In this document: piece by piece, positions 28,886-37,353 of the stretch
Layout of the letters: every line of letters begins with the position of its first letter
Numbering within the stretch: position 1 is the stretch's first letter
Origin: Pseudomonadales bacterium
GTDB taxonomy: Bacteria; Pseudomonadota; Gammaproteobacteria; Pseudomonadales; JAHRWD01
NCBI GenBank assembly: GCA_016763075.1
Contig: JAESUM010000038.1
Coordinates: 8,571-72,570, forward strand
Reading direction: 5' to 3'
DNA: 64,000 bases
Translations under genes and position numbers: made by a program
The notes under the pieces: model-generated
Databases searched by the model: none
Told to the model about the DNA's origin: nothing
The model's input: only the letters and a program-made list of their open reading frames with translations

Positions 28886-29076
28886 CCAAAATGAATGCGA
28901 GATATAACAGATGCAAGGTGGGAACTAGCGGAAGTAACGAGATTTGGAGGTAGCGAAGCGCTGGAAAGAGGAAAGTGCAGGAATGCGGGGGAAGTGCGGG
29001 AAAGAAGAGGATCTAATGAAAAAGTTTGCTCACCTGCAACCAAACTAGGTCACAGATGAGCAAGCTTTTAATGCCG

Positions 29077-31470
29077 TTAAGCAGCTTCCTTTGATTTATC
29101 TTTGATCAACCAATGGGCGAGAGAAGGAAGGATAAGTATTGCGCCCAGCATATTCAGTATGAACATGAAGGTTAGCAAGATTCCCATATCAGCCTGGAAT
29201 TTAAGATCCGAGAAAATCCAAGTAGCCACACCTACTGCAAGCGTTAAGCCGGTGAAGATGATCGGCTTTCCGGTTAGGCGAAGTGCTCGGTAGTAAGATT
29301 CTTGTAAGCTCATGCCCTGTGCAATGGATTCCTCCATTCGGCTATAGATGTAAATACCGTAATCAACACCGATACCCACACCCAGAGCAACGACTGGCAA
29401 GGTATTAACCTTAAGCCCGATCTCCAGAATGGTCATCAATGCGTAACAAAGTACTGACACCAGCGCCAATGGCAAGATGATACAAAGCGTGCCGCGTATC
29501 GAGCGGTAGGTGACAACGCAAAGCAAGAAAATAGCGATATACACATAGGCCATAATAGGCAGCTGCGCAGCGGCTACGGCCTGGTTGGTGGCAGCAATGA
29601 TGCCTACATTCGATGAAGCTAACTTAGGGTTGAATTTCTCGATGGGCAAACCAGAATCAAACTCGTTAATACCATCGATGATTACCTGAATGGTTTGTGC
29701 TTTATGGTCTGTGGTGTATACCAAAATTGGCATCGCAGTGCAGTCAGCATCCATCAGTCCGCCGCTAGTTTCCATATAGCGTAATGCGCCACTCATGTTG
29801 TACCGGTTCCGTAGCACCGCTTGCCATTTAGGCGAGCCTTCGTTGTTGCCCGATGTAATGAATTTCATCGCTTCAGATAACGAAGCTACAGATTGAACGC
29901 CTGGAAGGTTCTGAATATGCCAATGGAAGCGATCCATGGCATCCATAATTTCATAGTTAATGCAGGCGTCTTGTGGCGCAGCAACAATGACCGAAAGCAC
30001 ATCAACACCAATGGCAAACTTAGATGTGATCATTTTGCTGTCTAGGTTGTAGCGTGCATCTTCTCGTAGCTCAGGTACGCCAGATTGAAGGTCGCCAATC
30101 TGTAAATTATTACCTTTATACAAGCCCCATGCGCCGAGAACTACGGCAACCAGTAATACTGGGATTGCGCGCTCTCGAGTTGTAAGGGTAGATAAACTTC
30201 TCCAAATCCCATCGAGCTTAGCTTCACCTTTCTGGCGGTTTTCACGGTAAGCATCAAGGTTTTTGATTCTTACAAAGGAAAGAAGAATAGGCAGCAAGAT
30301 CAAGTTAGAGAAGATGATCAATGCAACACCCAGCGATGCAGTGATGGCCATTTCCTGAATGATCCCAATACCGATTAGCAGCACGGTTAAGAAACCAATG
30401 GTGTCGCTGACTAACGCTAAGCTGCCAGGAATGACCAAACGGCGGAATGTACGCCGTGCGGCCTCGTTGCCGCCAACTCCTTGGGTGTTGGCATCCACTG
30501 GCATGACCGGTTTATTCACGTCAGTTTCATCTGCGCCGTACAGGACTTCTCCCATCCAGCTGCTGATCATTTGAACACCGTGACTGACCCCGATGGCGAA
30601 GACCAGGAACGGAACCAAGATACTCATAGGGTCTATTCCAAAGCCCAGCAGGCTGAGCGAGCCAAGCTGCCATATCACCGCAACAATGCTACAAATAAGC
30701 GGCAGTATCGTTAGCTTGATGGAACCAGAATATAGCCAGAGCATAACTGCAGTAATCAACAGCGCTATGCCAAAGAAGGCAATAACGCTTCGTGCGCCTT
30801 CAGCGATATCGCCGATAGATTTTGCAAAACCTAGGATATGAACCGTGATATTGTCTGTTTCAAAGCGATCTCGTAAATTAATCTCAAGATCTCTGGATAT
30901 ACGCTGATAGTCGAGGGGTTTTCCCGTTCGCGGATCAAAATCGATTAATTCAGCACGAATCAGCGCCCCCGTGAAATCGTAACTAACCAACCGCCCAAGC
31001 TGTCCTGACTTTACGATGTTTTGTTTTACAATTTCGAGCCATTCGGGTGTGGGTTGAAACTCAGCGGGAATAACATTGCCTCCGGCAAAGCCATCTTCAA
31101 CGAACTCAGTAAAACGCACGTTAGGGGTGAAAATTGAGGTGACACTAGATTTAGCCACGCCATTGAGGAAGAAAACCTCATCGGTAGCTTCCCTTAAAGC
31201 GATAAAAAACTCTGGGTTGAATATGGTTCCGTCTTTCTGAACCAAAGAAACGATAATTTGGTTACCACTACCAAAATCTTCTTGGTATTCCAACAGGGTT
31301 TTCATGTAGGGGTGTTCTAGTGGTAATTGCTTGGCAAACCCTGCCTCCATTTTTAAGGAGGTAGCGTTGTATCCCATGAATGCGGTGATCAGAGCAAAAA
31401 GAGTGATGAGCAGTACGCGGTTGGAAAAAATCAACCGCTCGAATGCACTGATGAAACGGTTTGTTTTCAT
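29077..31470 (-). CDS. RND superfamily transporter (MMPL/HAE3-like exporter)
   Basis: 797 aa with two repeats, each a large periplasmic loop plus a TM bundle. Last gene of the DUF1302 operon. Confidence 0.8.
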   Translation of the reverse strand: MKTNRFISAFERLIFSNRVLLITLFALITAFMGYNATSLKMEAGFAKQLPLEHPYMKTLLEYQEDFGSGNQIIVSLVQKDGTIFNPEFFIALREATDEVFFLNGVAKSSVTSIFTPNVRFTEFVEDGFAGGNVIPAEFQPTPEWLEIVKQNIVKSGQLGRLVSYDFTGALIRAELIDFDPRTGKPLDYQRISRDLEINLRDRFETDNITVHILGFAKSIGDIAEGARSVIAFFGIALLITAVMLWLYSGSIKLTILPLICSIVAVIWQLGSLSLLGFGIDPMSILVPFLVFAIGVSHGVQMISSWMGEVLYGADETDVNKPVMPVDANTQGVGGNEAARRTFRRLVIPGSLALVSDTIGFLTVLLIGIGIIQEMAITASLGVALIIFSNLILLPILLSFVRIKNLDAYRENRQKGEAKLDGIWRSLSTLTTRERAIPVLLVAVVLGAWGLYKGNNLQIGDLQSGVPELREDARYNLDSKMITSKFAIGVDVLSVIVAAPQDACINYEIMDAMDRFHWHIQNLPGVQSVASLSEAMKFITSGNNEGSPKWQAVLRNRYNMSGALRYMETSGGLMDADCTAMPILVYTTDHKAQTIQVIIDGINEFDSGLPIEKFNPKLASSNVGIIAATNQAVAAAQLPIMAYVYIAIFLLCVVTYRSIRGTLCIILPLALVSVLCYALMTILEIGLKVNTLPVVALGVGIGVDYGIYIYSRMEESIAQGMSLQESYYRALRLTGKPIIFTGLTLAVGVATWIFSDLKFQADMGILLTFMFILNMLGAILILPSLAHWLIKDKSKEAA

Positions 31471-31530
31471 TGGGCAGTCCTTATAATTATTTTTATATGA
31501 TCAAGTATTGTTGTTCAACGGGGCGTTGTC

Positions 31531-32496
31531 TTACTGGGTTTTCAGTTTCGAAGCGCCACGAACGCCGAATACAACAAAATCGGAATCGTTTATAGCGATG
31601 ACGGATGTAAGGTTTTCAAAGCCTCTGTAGGGTATTTTTTCAAAGTTTGTATCACCCTTGCTGCGACGTATGATGGTTCCGCCAGCGCCCAGAAAAACCG
31701 TGTCGCCAGATGCAGTGAAGACACCGTCTAAAATATTGGTGGTAACGCCGGTGTCAAGTTCAGTCCAGCTGTTGCCAAGATCGTCAGAAGCGAAGGCGTG
31801 CCCACGAAGCCCGTAGACGATAATTTGATCACCATCGTCGGTGGTCGTGGTAAGTGCCCCGAAAAAAGACCCAACGTAAGGGGATTCAAGCTGTGTCCAG
31901 GTAGCTCCTTGATCTGATGAGCGAACCAATGTACCGGCTTCACCGGCGATAAATAAATGAGTGCCAACCTGAATGATTGAGTTGAGGTGCCAATCAAGCT
32001 CCCCAATCATGAAGTTCTGCCAGGTTTTCCCACCATCGTTTGTGCGCATGATTAACCCGTATGCGCCAGTTACCAAGCCGTTGTTAGCATCTAGAAAAAC
32101 TACATCAAGTAGTGGTTTTTCTAAGTCTGGAGCTTCAAACAAGATATTCCAGTTTTCGCCGCTATCTGTAGTACGCAAAATGATACTGTCATGGCCCACA
32201 GCCCAGCCGTTTTTCTCATCAATAAAATAAAGAGAGGTCAGTAGCATTTGGGTTGGCGAATTAGCCTGTACCCAAGATTCACCTTGGTTGTCGCTATAAA
32301 GAATATGTCCGCGGCCACCGACAGCGAAAATGCGCTCTCCAGTAGTAAACGAGTTGACCAGTAGGGATTTATGAGCCTTGGCGGCGATGGTGGAAGGTAC
32401 TTGAATTGAATCTGCGTGACTTAATGTCGCATTCAGCGCAATAATTAGCGTTGAGTATTTCGCTAGGCAACGAAATGATTTTCCGAGACTGTTCAT
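31531..32496 (-). CDS. Secreted Asp-box (BNR) beta-propeller protein, Ycf48-like
   Basis: Signal peptide. Five SxDxGxTW-type Asp boxes: SDNQGESW, TDSGENW, TNDGGKTW, SSDQGATW, SDDLGNSW. Confidence 0.75.
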   Translation of the reverse strand: MNSLGKSFRCLAKYSTLIIALNATLSHADSIQVPSTIAAKAHKSLLVNSFTTGERIFAVGGRGHILYSDNQGESWVQANSPTQMLLTSLYFIDEKNGWAVGHDSIILRTTDSGENWNILFEAPDLEKPLLDVVFLDANNGLVTGAYGLIMRTNDGGKTWQNFMIGELDWHLNSIIQVGTHLFIAGEAGTLVRSSDQGATWTQLESPYVGSFFGALTTTTDDGDQIIVYGLRGHAFASDDLGNSWTELDTGVTTNILDGVFTASGDTVFLGAGGTIIRRSKGDTNFEKIPYRGFENLTSVIAINDSDFVVFGVRGASKLKTQ

Positions 32497-32609
32497 CTAA
32501 ACGGTCCTTAAAAATGGATCTTATATTAGGAAGATTCTGGACATAAAAACGGTACAGAATCAAAGGGAACCTGGAGTCAGGCAATAGCCTGGCTCCAGGG
32601 TGCACAATG

Positions 32610-33983
32610 TTACCGGATACCAGATGCGCGAAGGGCGGCTGGTGTGTAGTTAGAAGGAGAAGATCTAAACGAATGATCGTCAGGAGTGTCTTCGTTATCG
32701 AGCCCTACTACCAGGTAACGACCAGATTGAAGGTCATTGTGGACTTCAGCAGTGTTGATACCAACAAGAATATCCTGGCTGTTGTACAGGTGAGCTTCAG
32801 ACATTCTCCAAAGTTGATCACGTTTGTCGTAATGATCCATTACAGCAATTTGCCAGCTATCTTCATCCATGAAGTAAACGCGTTTTTTGTAGATATGGCT
32901 TGTACCGGCTCTCAAAACACCTTCAACATGCCAAACACGGTGTAGCTCATAGCGAGCGTAGTCTTGGTTGATATGTCCTTTTTGGATGATTTGATCGATT
33001 TTAAGGTCGCCATCATGTAATCCATAAGAGTTGTACGGAATATACATTTCTTGTTTGCCTACCAGGTTCCAAGAATAACGATCGATATTGCCGTTGAACA
33101 TGCCTAACTGGTCACTTGTTGCAAGGCCATCACCGCCTGTCTTAGGATTATCATATTGAACCTGTGGTGCACGACGAACACGACGTTGACCGGGGTTATA
33201 AGCCCAAATTTTACGCTTGCCGGTATCGTTGTGCATCACACCCAAAATCAGGATTACCGCACCGGCTTTTTTAGCCGGGGCTTTAATGGTTTGACGGAAG
33301 TAAAATACATCGCCTTTTCCATCAAAGCTGGAGGCAGTATTGCCTTCTTTAGACCAGTTGGATAACAGTTCCTCTATGATTTTAGAAGTTTGGTGTTTTC
33401 CACTGCTTGTTACAACCGTGGTGTTAGACCAACGCTGCACACCGGCCCGAGCGATCTTAGTCGCATTGTTTAGGACCGCTTCAGCACCATTATTAGGGAT
33501 GGGGAAAGCCCAAGCAATTTTGGCACCGCGGAAATCATTTCCGCTTTCAGTTAGCTCTGCCGTTGAGGCGTTGCCAATCGCTGCCTGGTACACGTACGGA
33601 TGGTTGGATGCACTACGCCGTGTTGGATAAATTTCCATTTTGTAGTCTGCGTACAGTGCAAACATCTCTTGTTGGCCGGGGCTCAGTTTGTCGGCGTACT
33701 GTTTATAGTTTGCCGGAGTAATCGTGAACAACGGTTTATCATCTGGGAATGGGTTGGCTGGCCACTGACCTTTGGTTTGGTCTTTTTGCGGAAGTCCACC
33801 AGTCCAAGCTGGAATGGTTCCTTCTGCGTTACCGGCGCGAACAGCCCCGACGGGAGTAAGTTCAGTATCAGTAATGCCAAGCTTTGCAGCCTCTTCAGAA
33901 GAGACCTTAGCTTGCACACCGTATGATGATAGCGCTGCTACAAGTGCAGTTGAGACAGCTAATATTTTTGTTTTATTTTTCAT
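32610..33983 (-). CDS. DUF1329 family periplasmic / outer-membrane-associated protein
   Basis: Signal peptide, then AAKLGITDTELTPVGAVRAGNAEGTIPAWTGGL, the N-terminal signature I recall for DUF1329. Paired with DUF1302. Confidence 0.7.
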   Translation of the reverse strand: MKNKTKILAVSTALVAALSSYGVQAKVSSEEAAKLGITDTELTPVGAVRAGNAEGTIPAWTGGLPQKDQTKGQWPANPFPDDKPLFTITPANYKQYADKLSPGQQEMFALYADYKMEIYPTRRSASNHPYVYQAAIGNASTAELTESGNDFRGAKIAWAFPIPNNGAEAVLNNATKIARAGVQRWSNTTVVTSSGKHQTSKIIEELLSNWSKEGNTASSFDGKGDVFYFRQTIKAPAKKAGAVILILGVMHNDTGKRKIWAYNPGQRRVRRAPQVQYDNPKTGGDGLATSDQLGMFNGNIDRYSWNLVGKQEMYIPYNSYGLHDGDLKIDQIIQKGHINQDYARYELHRVWHVEGVLRAGTSHIYKKRVYFMDEDSWQIAVMDHYDKRDQLWRMSEAHLYNSQDILVGINTAEVHNDLQSGRYLVVGLDNEDTPDDHSFRSSPSNYTPAALRASGIR

Positions 33984-33998
33984 TATTATTACCCCTAT

Positions 33999-35591
33999 TT
34001 ATAAGCTGTGTTTAAAAGTAAGCGCGAAGAAATCTTTGTCGTGGCTGGTATTGTTGGACAGGTTCCCCCAATTTCGTGTGTACCCAATATCAATCGTAGA
34101 GCTAGTCAAGTAGGTAGCTGTTACGGCCACCGTTAGACTTTTACGACCTTCTAGGAAAGTGCCGCTTGGCGAGCCAGGCGATGTGCCAGAGACGTCATGC
34201 TTCAGTGTTGCGGAGGGCTCGAGGTTCATATCAAAGAACACATTCGAGTATTGAAGTTTGATTAACGCGACATAACCCCATGAAAAATCGTCATATTTTG
34301 CGAAAGCAGCAGTGTCCAGCGGGCCTCCGGAAGGCATATTCGCCATAACAAGTCCGGGCTCAACTAAGATAGTCATTTTTTCAGACGCAAACCAATTATT
34401 AGAACCACCTTGGTAAGTAATGCTGGTTTGTATTTGCGTTAGGTCACCAAGACTAAAGCCGTCATGAGTGATTATCGTTGGCGGTGTTCCTGCTCCAGCA
34501 TTTATAAGCCCGAATATAGTTGACCCTAAGCTCATGGGAACATCTGGTCGGTGCGAAATTTCGGCGCCGAGTGAGAGCCCTAGTTCGCCAGGAAGGTCTA
34601 CGTTAAAGCTTGCGCCAAACAGATCGATATCTTCAGGATATTGGGTTTGGTATGTGTGCGCACCTGCTGATATTGGTGATGTTATAGATAAAAAAGGCGA
34701 ATGACTATGGTAGCGCATATAGTATGCGGCAACTTCCATGTATGCCCAGTTTTCTATTAACGTTCTGAAAGCAAAACCATATTCGCCGCCGTCATCAGGT
34801 TCAATGCTGGCCCCTCTGGGAATGGGTGCGGGTAATGCTGGGTTGTTGATTACTGTACCGCCCTCGGTAATTGGATCAGTGCTAGATGTAGCAAAAAAGG
34901 TACCGACGGGGTCGATTATCGTTTCCTGCCATTTCGCAACGTAATAAGCATCGATGGAGAAATTCCCGCCAAAATCAAGCGATGCCCAAACCATAGGTAG
35001 TGGTAAAAGGATTTCCTTAACTTCAACCGCAGCGCCACGCGCTTTTGTTGCATCGATCGGGTTTATGCTATTAAGGCTATTCCCAATAAAAGTGCTTTCG
35101 CCCCAGCTGAGTACTTGATTACCAACCCGTACCGATAGCATGTTTTCGTCAAAAGCGAAATTCCCATATACGAATGCGTCAAGTAGCTGGAATTTGTTAC
35201 CTATTTCATCTTGTCCGGCAGAAGTGATGTTAAAGACATTGGTGTCTAAGCCCATGATTTTAGCGTCGTAAATATAGCTGCCACGTACGAAAATTCCTTT
35301 GGAATTTTTGCTGTATCCCGCTTCAACAGTAACTTTTAAGGGTGTAGATACAAGCTCCCCGCTCTCTTCGAAATTGGTATTTCCTGAATTGGATAGAACT
35401 GGATCTTCTGTCCGCCAGATACCGCCGAGGGACACCGTGGTGTCTAGAAAACCTGAGGCGCTAGAGTCGTCAAATTTAAGCTGAAAAGCTTGGGAGCTTA
35501 GAGGGAGCGTAAGAAGAGCCCCTGCCCCAATTATCTTTGCTAGGGTGTTTGTACTTCCCCCAAGCGTGCGTGTTTTTGTGGGTTTAGTCAC
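33999..35591 (-). CDS. DUF1302 family putative outer-membrane beta-barrel protein
   Basis: Signal peptide, alternating beta-strand-like sequence and a C-terminal aromatic-rich end (FALTFKHSL). Lies 15 nt upstream of DUF1329. Confidence 0.7.
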   Translation of the reverse strand: MTKPTKTRTLGGSTNTLAKIIGAGALLTLPLSSQAFQLKFDDSSASGFLDTTVSLGGIWRTEDPVLSNSGNTNFEESGELVSTPLKVTVEAGYSKNSKGIFVRGSYIYDAKIMGLDTNVFNITSAGQDEIGNKFQLLDAFVYGNFAFDENMLSVRVGNQVLSWGESTFIGNSLNSINPIDATKARGAAVEVKEILLPLPMVWASLDFGGNFSIDAYYVAKWQETIIDPVGTFFATSSTDPITEGGTVINNPALPAPIPRGASIEPDDGGEYGFAFRTLIENWAYMEVAAYYMRYHSHSPFLSITSPISAGAHTYQTQYPEDIDLFGASFNVDLPGELGLSLGAEISHRPDVPMSLGSTIFGLINAGAGTPPTIITHDGFSLGDLTQIQTSITYQGGSNNWFASEKMTILVEPGLVMANMPSGGPLDTAAFAKYDDFSWGYVALIKLQYSNVFFDMNLEPSATLKHDVSGTSPGSPSGTFLEGRKSLTVAVTATYLTSSTIDIGYTRNWGNLSNNTSHDKDFFALTFKHSL

Positions 35592-35802
35592 AGGTACTCT
35601 CCTATATATTTATATTTATTATTGCATCTACCCTATAACGCCTTTCGGGTATAAGCAACCGTTTCTTCGTGCTCCATAAAGGTGTAATTAAGTCTTGAAA
35701 TATTGTTGGTTTTAAGCGCGATTTTTATGTTAACTCAGATATTTTATTGGGTATTGCGCACAGGCAATTTTTTTGTACTAACCTGAATATATCCATTAAT
35801 TT

Positions 35803-36474
35803 TTGAGTATTGGTACTGTGGTTGCATCGGTTGCTGAATCATTGGAGTTTAACGTTTTCTCATCACGCTTCGAGGTTGGTAATTGTTGCCAATCGACTAT
35901 AACCAGTGCGTCAATTTCGGCCGAGCTTGACAAGGCCTGCGGTAAAGCAAAAAAGCTTTCATTGGCCGCAAAAAATGCTAGGGCAATGGTGCTTCGTGTG
36001 GGTGACAGGGCTATGGGTTTAAAAGTAGTCACAGACTACTTTTCTGAACTGGCCGATAACACCATTTCTTTGGCTAATAATATCAATTTGGTTGCAAATA
36101 ATATTTCTGGAGTAACGGTGGCCCGTTGGCGTACCGAGACTCTTATATTGCAATTGAAAAAAGCCAGAAAGTTGGATGTTAAAGGAACTGCTTTCGAGTC
36201 ATTAGTGCTTCGCCAAATAAGCGAAAAAATTGCTAGAGATCTTCATGAAAAAGAAGAGTTGTCTGAGAAGCTAATTCGACACTTGGAGATTGAGCTTGAA
36301 GAAATACAACGTCAAATGAGAGCTGCGGATGTGGTTTGTGTGACGTTCTTATTAGAAGCAACCAAGACCGGCGAATTTCAGGAAATACTTAAATCTATGG
36401 CGAATAATATCAAGCAACTTTCTGATGATATTAAGGCGCATGTTAATCGATCTCAGTCATTGTTGGAGATGTAG
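35803..36474 (+). CDS. Small cytoplasmic coiled-coil protein with a degenerate MCP signalling-hairpin-like segment
   Basis: KKLSLAAKNARAMVLRVGDRAMGLKVVTDYFSELADNT aligns loosely with the MCP core [33 protein letters not shown]. There are no TM or sensor domains. The exact start is uncertain (TTG 35803 or GTG 35818). Confidence 0.5.
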   Translation: MSIGTVVASVAESLEFNVFSSRFEVGNCCQSTITSASISAELDKACGKAKKLSLAAKNARAMVLRVGDRAMGLKVVTDYFSELADNTISLANNINLVANNISGVTVARWRTETLILQLKKARKLDVKGTAFESLVLRQISEKIARDLHEKEELSEKLIRHLEIELEEIQRQMRAADVVCVTFLLEATKTGEFQEILKSMANNIKQLSDDIKAHVNRSQSLLEM

Positions 36475-36475
36475 T

Positions 36476-37204
36476 TTGCAAACTCATAGCGTATATAAAG
36501 GCCGGCATCAGTGGGTCGTTTTTGGCAGAGATGAAGGTAAGCCTGACGGTATTATTGATACCAATCAATGTATGGTTGTTAATGGAAGCCGTGCTCTTAT
36601 TATTGATCCGGGCGGCACAGAGCTTTTTGCTCCAATGCTTTCTGCAGTGCTTCAATATGCTGATATAGAGGAAATTACGGATCTTTTTGCATCTCATCAA
36701 GATCCGGATATAATTTCTTCACTAGGTCTTTGGGATCAGGTTTTACCCCACGCCACCCTTCATGCTTCGTGGTTATGGGAGGGCTTTATTCGGCATTTTG
36801 GAATGGAGAATATCCCCTACCAAGCGATACCTGATTCTGGTGGTAATTTGAATCTTGGTGATTTAGGTCTACAGCTTATCCCTGCGCACTATTTACATTC
36901 TTCTGGTAATTTCCATATTTATGACCCTGTTGCAAAAATACTATTTTCTGGTGATGTTGGTGCATCAATAGAGCCTCCAGGTATGCCAATTTATGTTGAA
37001 GACTTTGAAGATCAAATTCAATATATGGTTTCTTTTCATCAGCGCTGGATGCCATCGAATCAAGCGAAATTAGATTGGATTAATAGAATTAGAAAGCTGG
37101 ATATTGAGTTTATGATTCCTCAACATGGAAGAATTTTTAGAAGAGAAGATGTCCCATTATTTTTAGACTGGTTTGAAGAGCTTGAAGTGGGGATTACGGG
37201 GTAG
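36476..37204 (+). CDS. MBL-fold metalloprotein, flavodiiron / ODP-like
   Basis: TTG start 1 nt after the upstream stop, preceded by GGAG. MBL motif series SHQDPD, PAHYLHSSG, FSGDVG, IPQHG. Confidence 0.7.
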   Translation: MQTHSVYKGRHQWVVFGRDEGKPDGIIDTNQCMVVNGSRALIIDPGGTELFAPMLSAVLQYADIEEITDLFASHQDPDIISSLGLWDQVLPHATLHASWLWEGFIRHFGMENIPYQAIPDSGGNLNLGDLGLQLIPAHYLHSSGNFHIYDPVAKILFSGDVGASIEPPGMPIYVEDFEDQIQYMVSFHQRWMPSNQAKLDWINRIRKLDIEFMIPQHGRIFRREDVPLFLDWFEELEVGITG

Positions 37205-37316
37205 AGTACGTAAGTACTATATTTATCAAACACTCGTTTTTATGAGCCTGGTTGAAGTGTAATTAAAACCGGTTTTGTATTGGTTATGAAAATCTAAATG
37301 AAGAGAATTATGAAAT

Positions 37317-37345
37317 AAAAAAGGCTCCAATTTGGAGCCTTTTTT
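37317..37345. terminator. Bidirectional rho-independent terminator
   Basis: AAAAAAGGCTCCA-ATT-TGGAGCCTTTTTT, with an A-run and a T-run flanking a GC-rich stem. It sits between the convergent MBL-fold gene and ggt. Confidence 0.75.
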
Positions 37346-37353
37346 ATTTGCGT

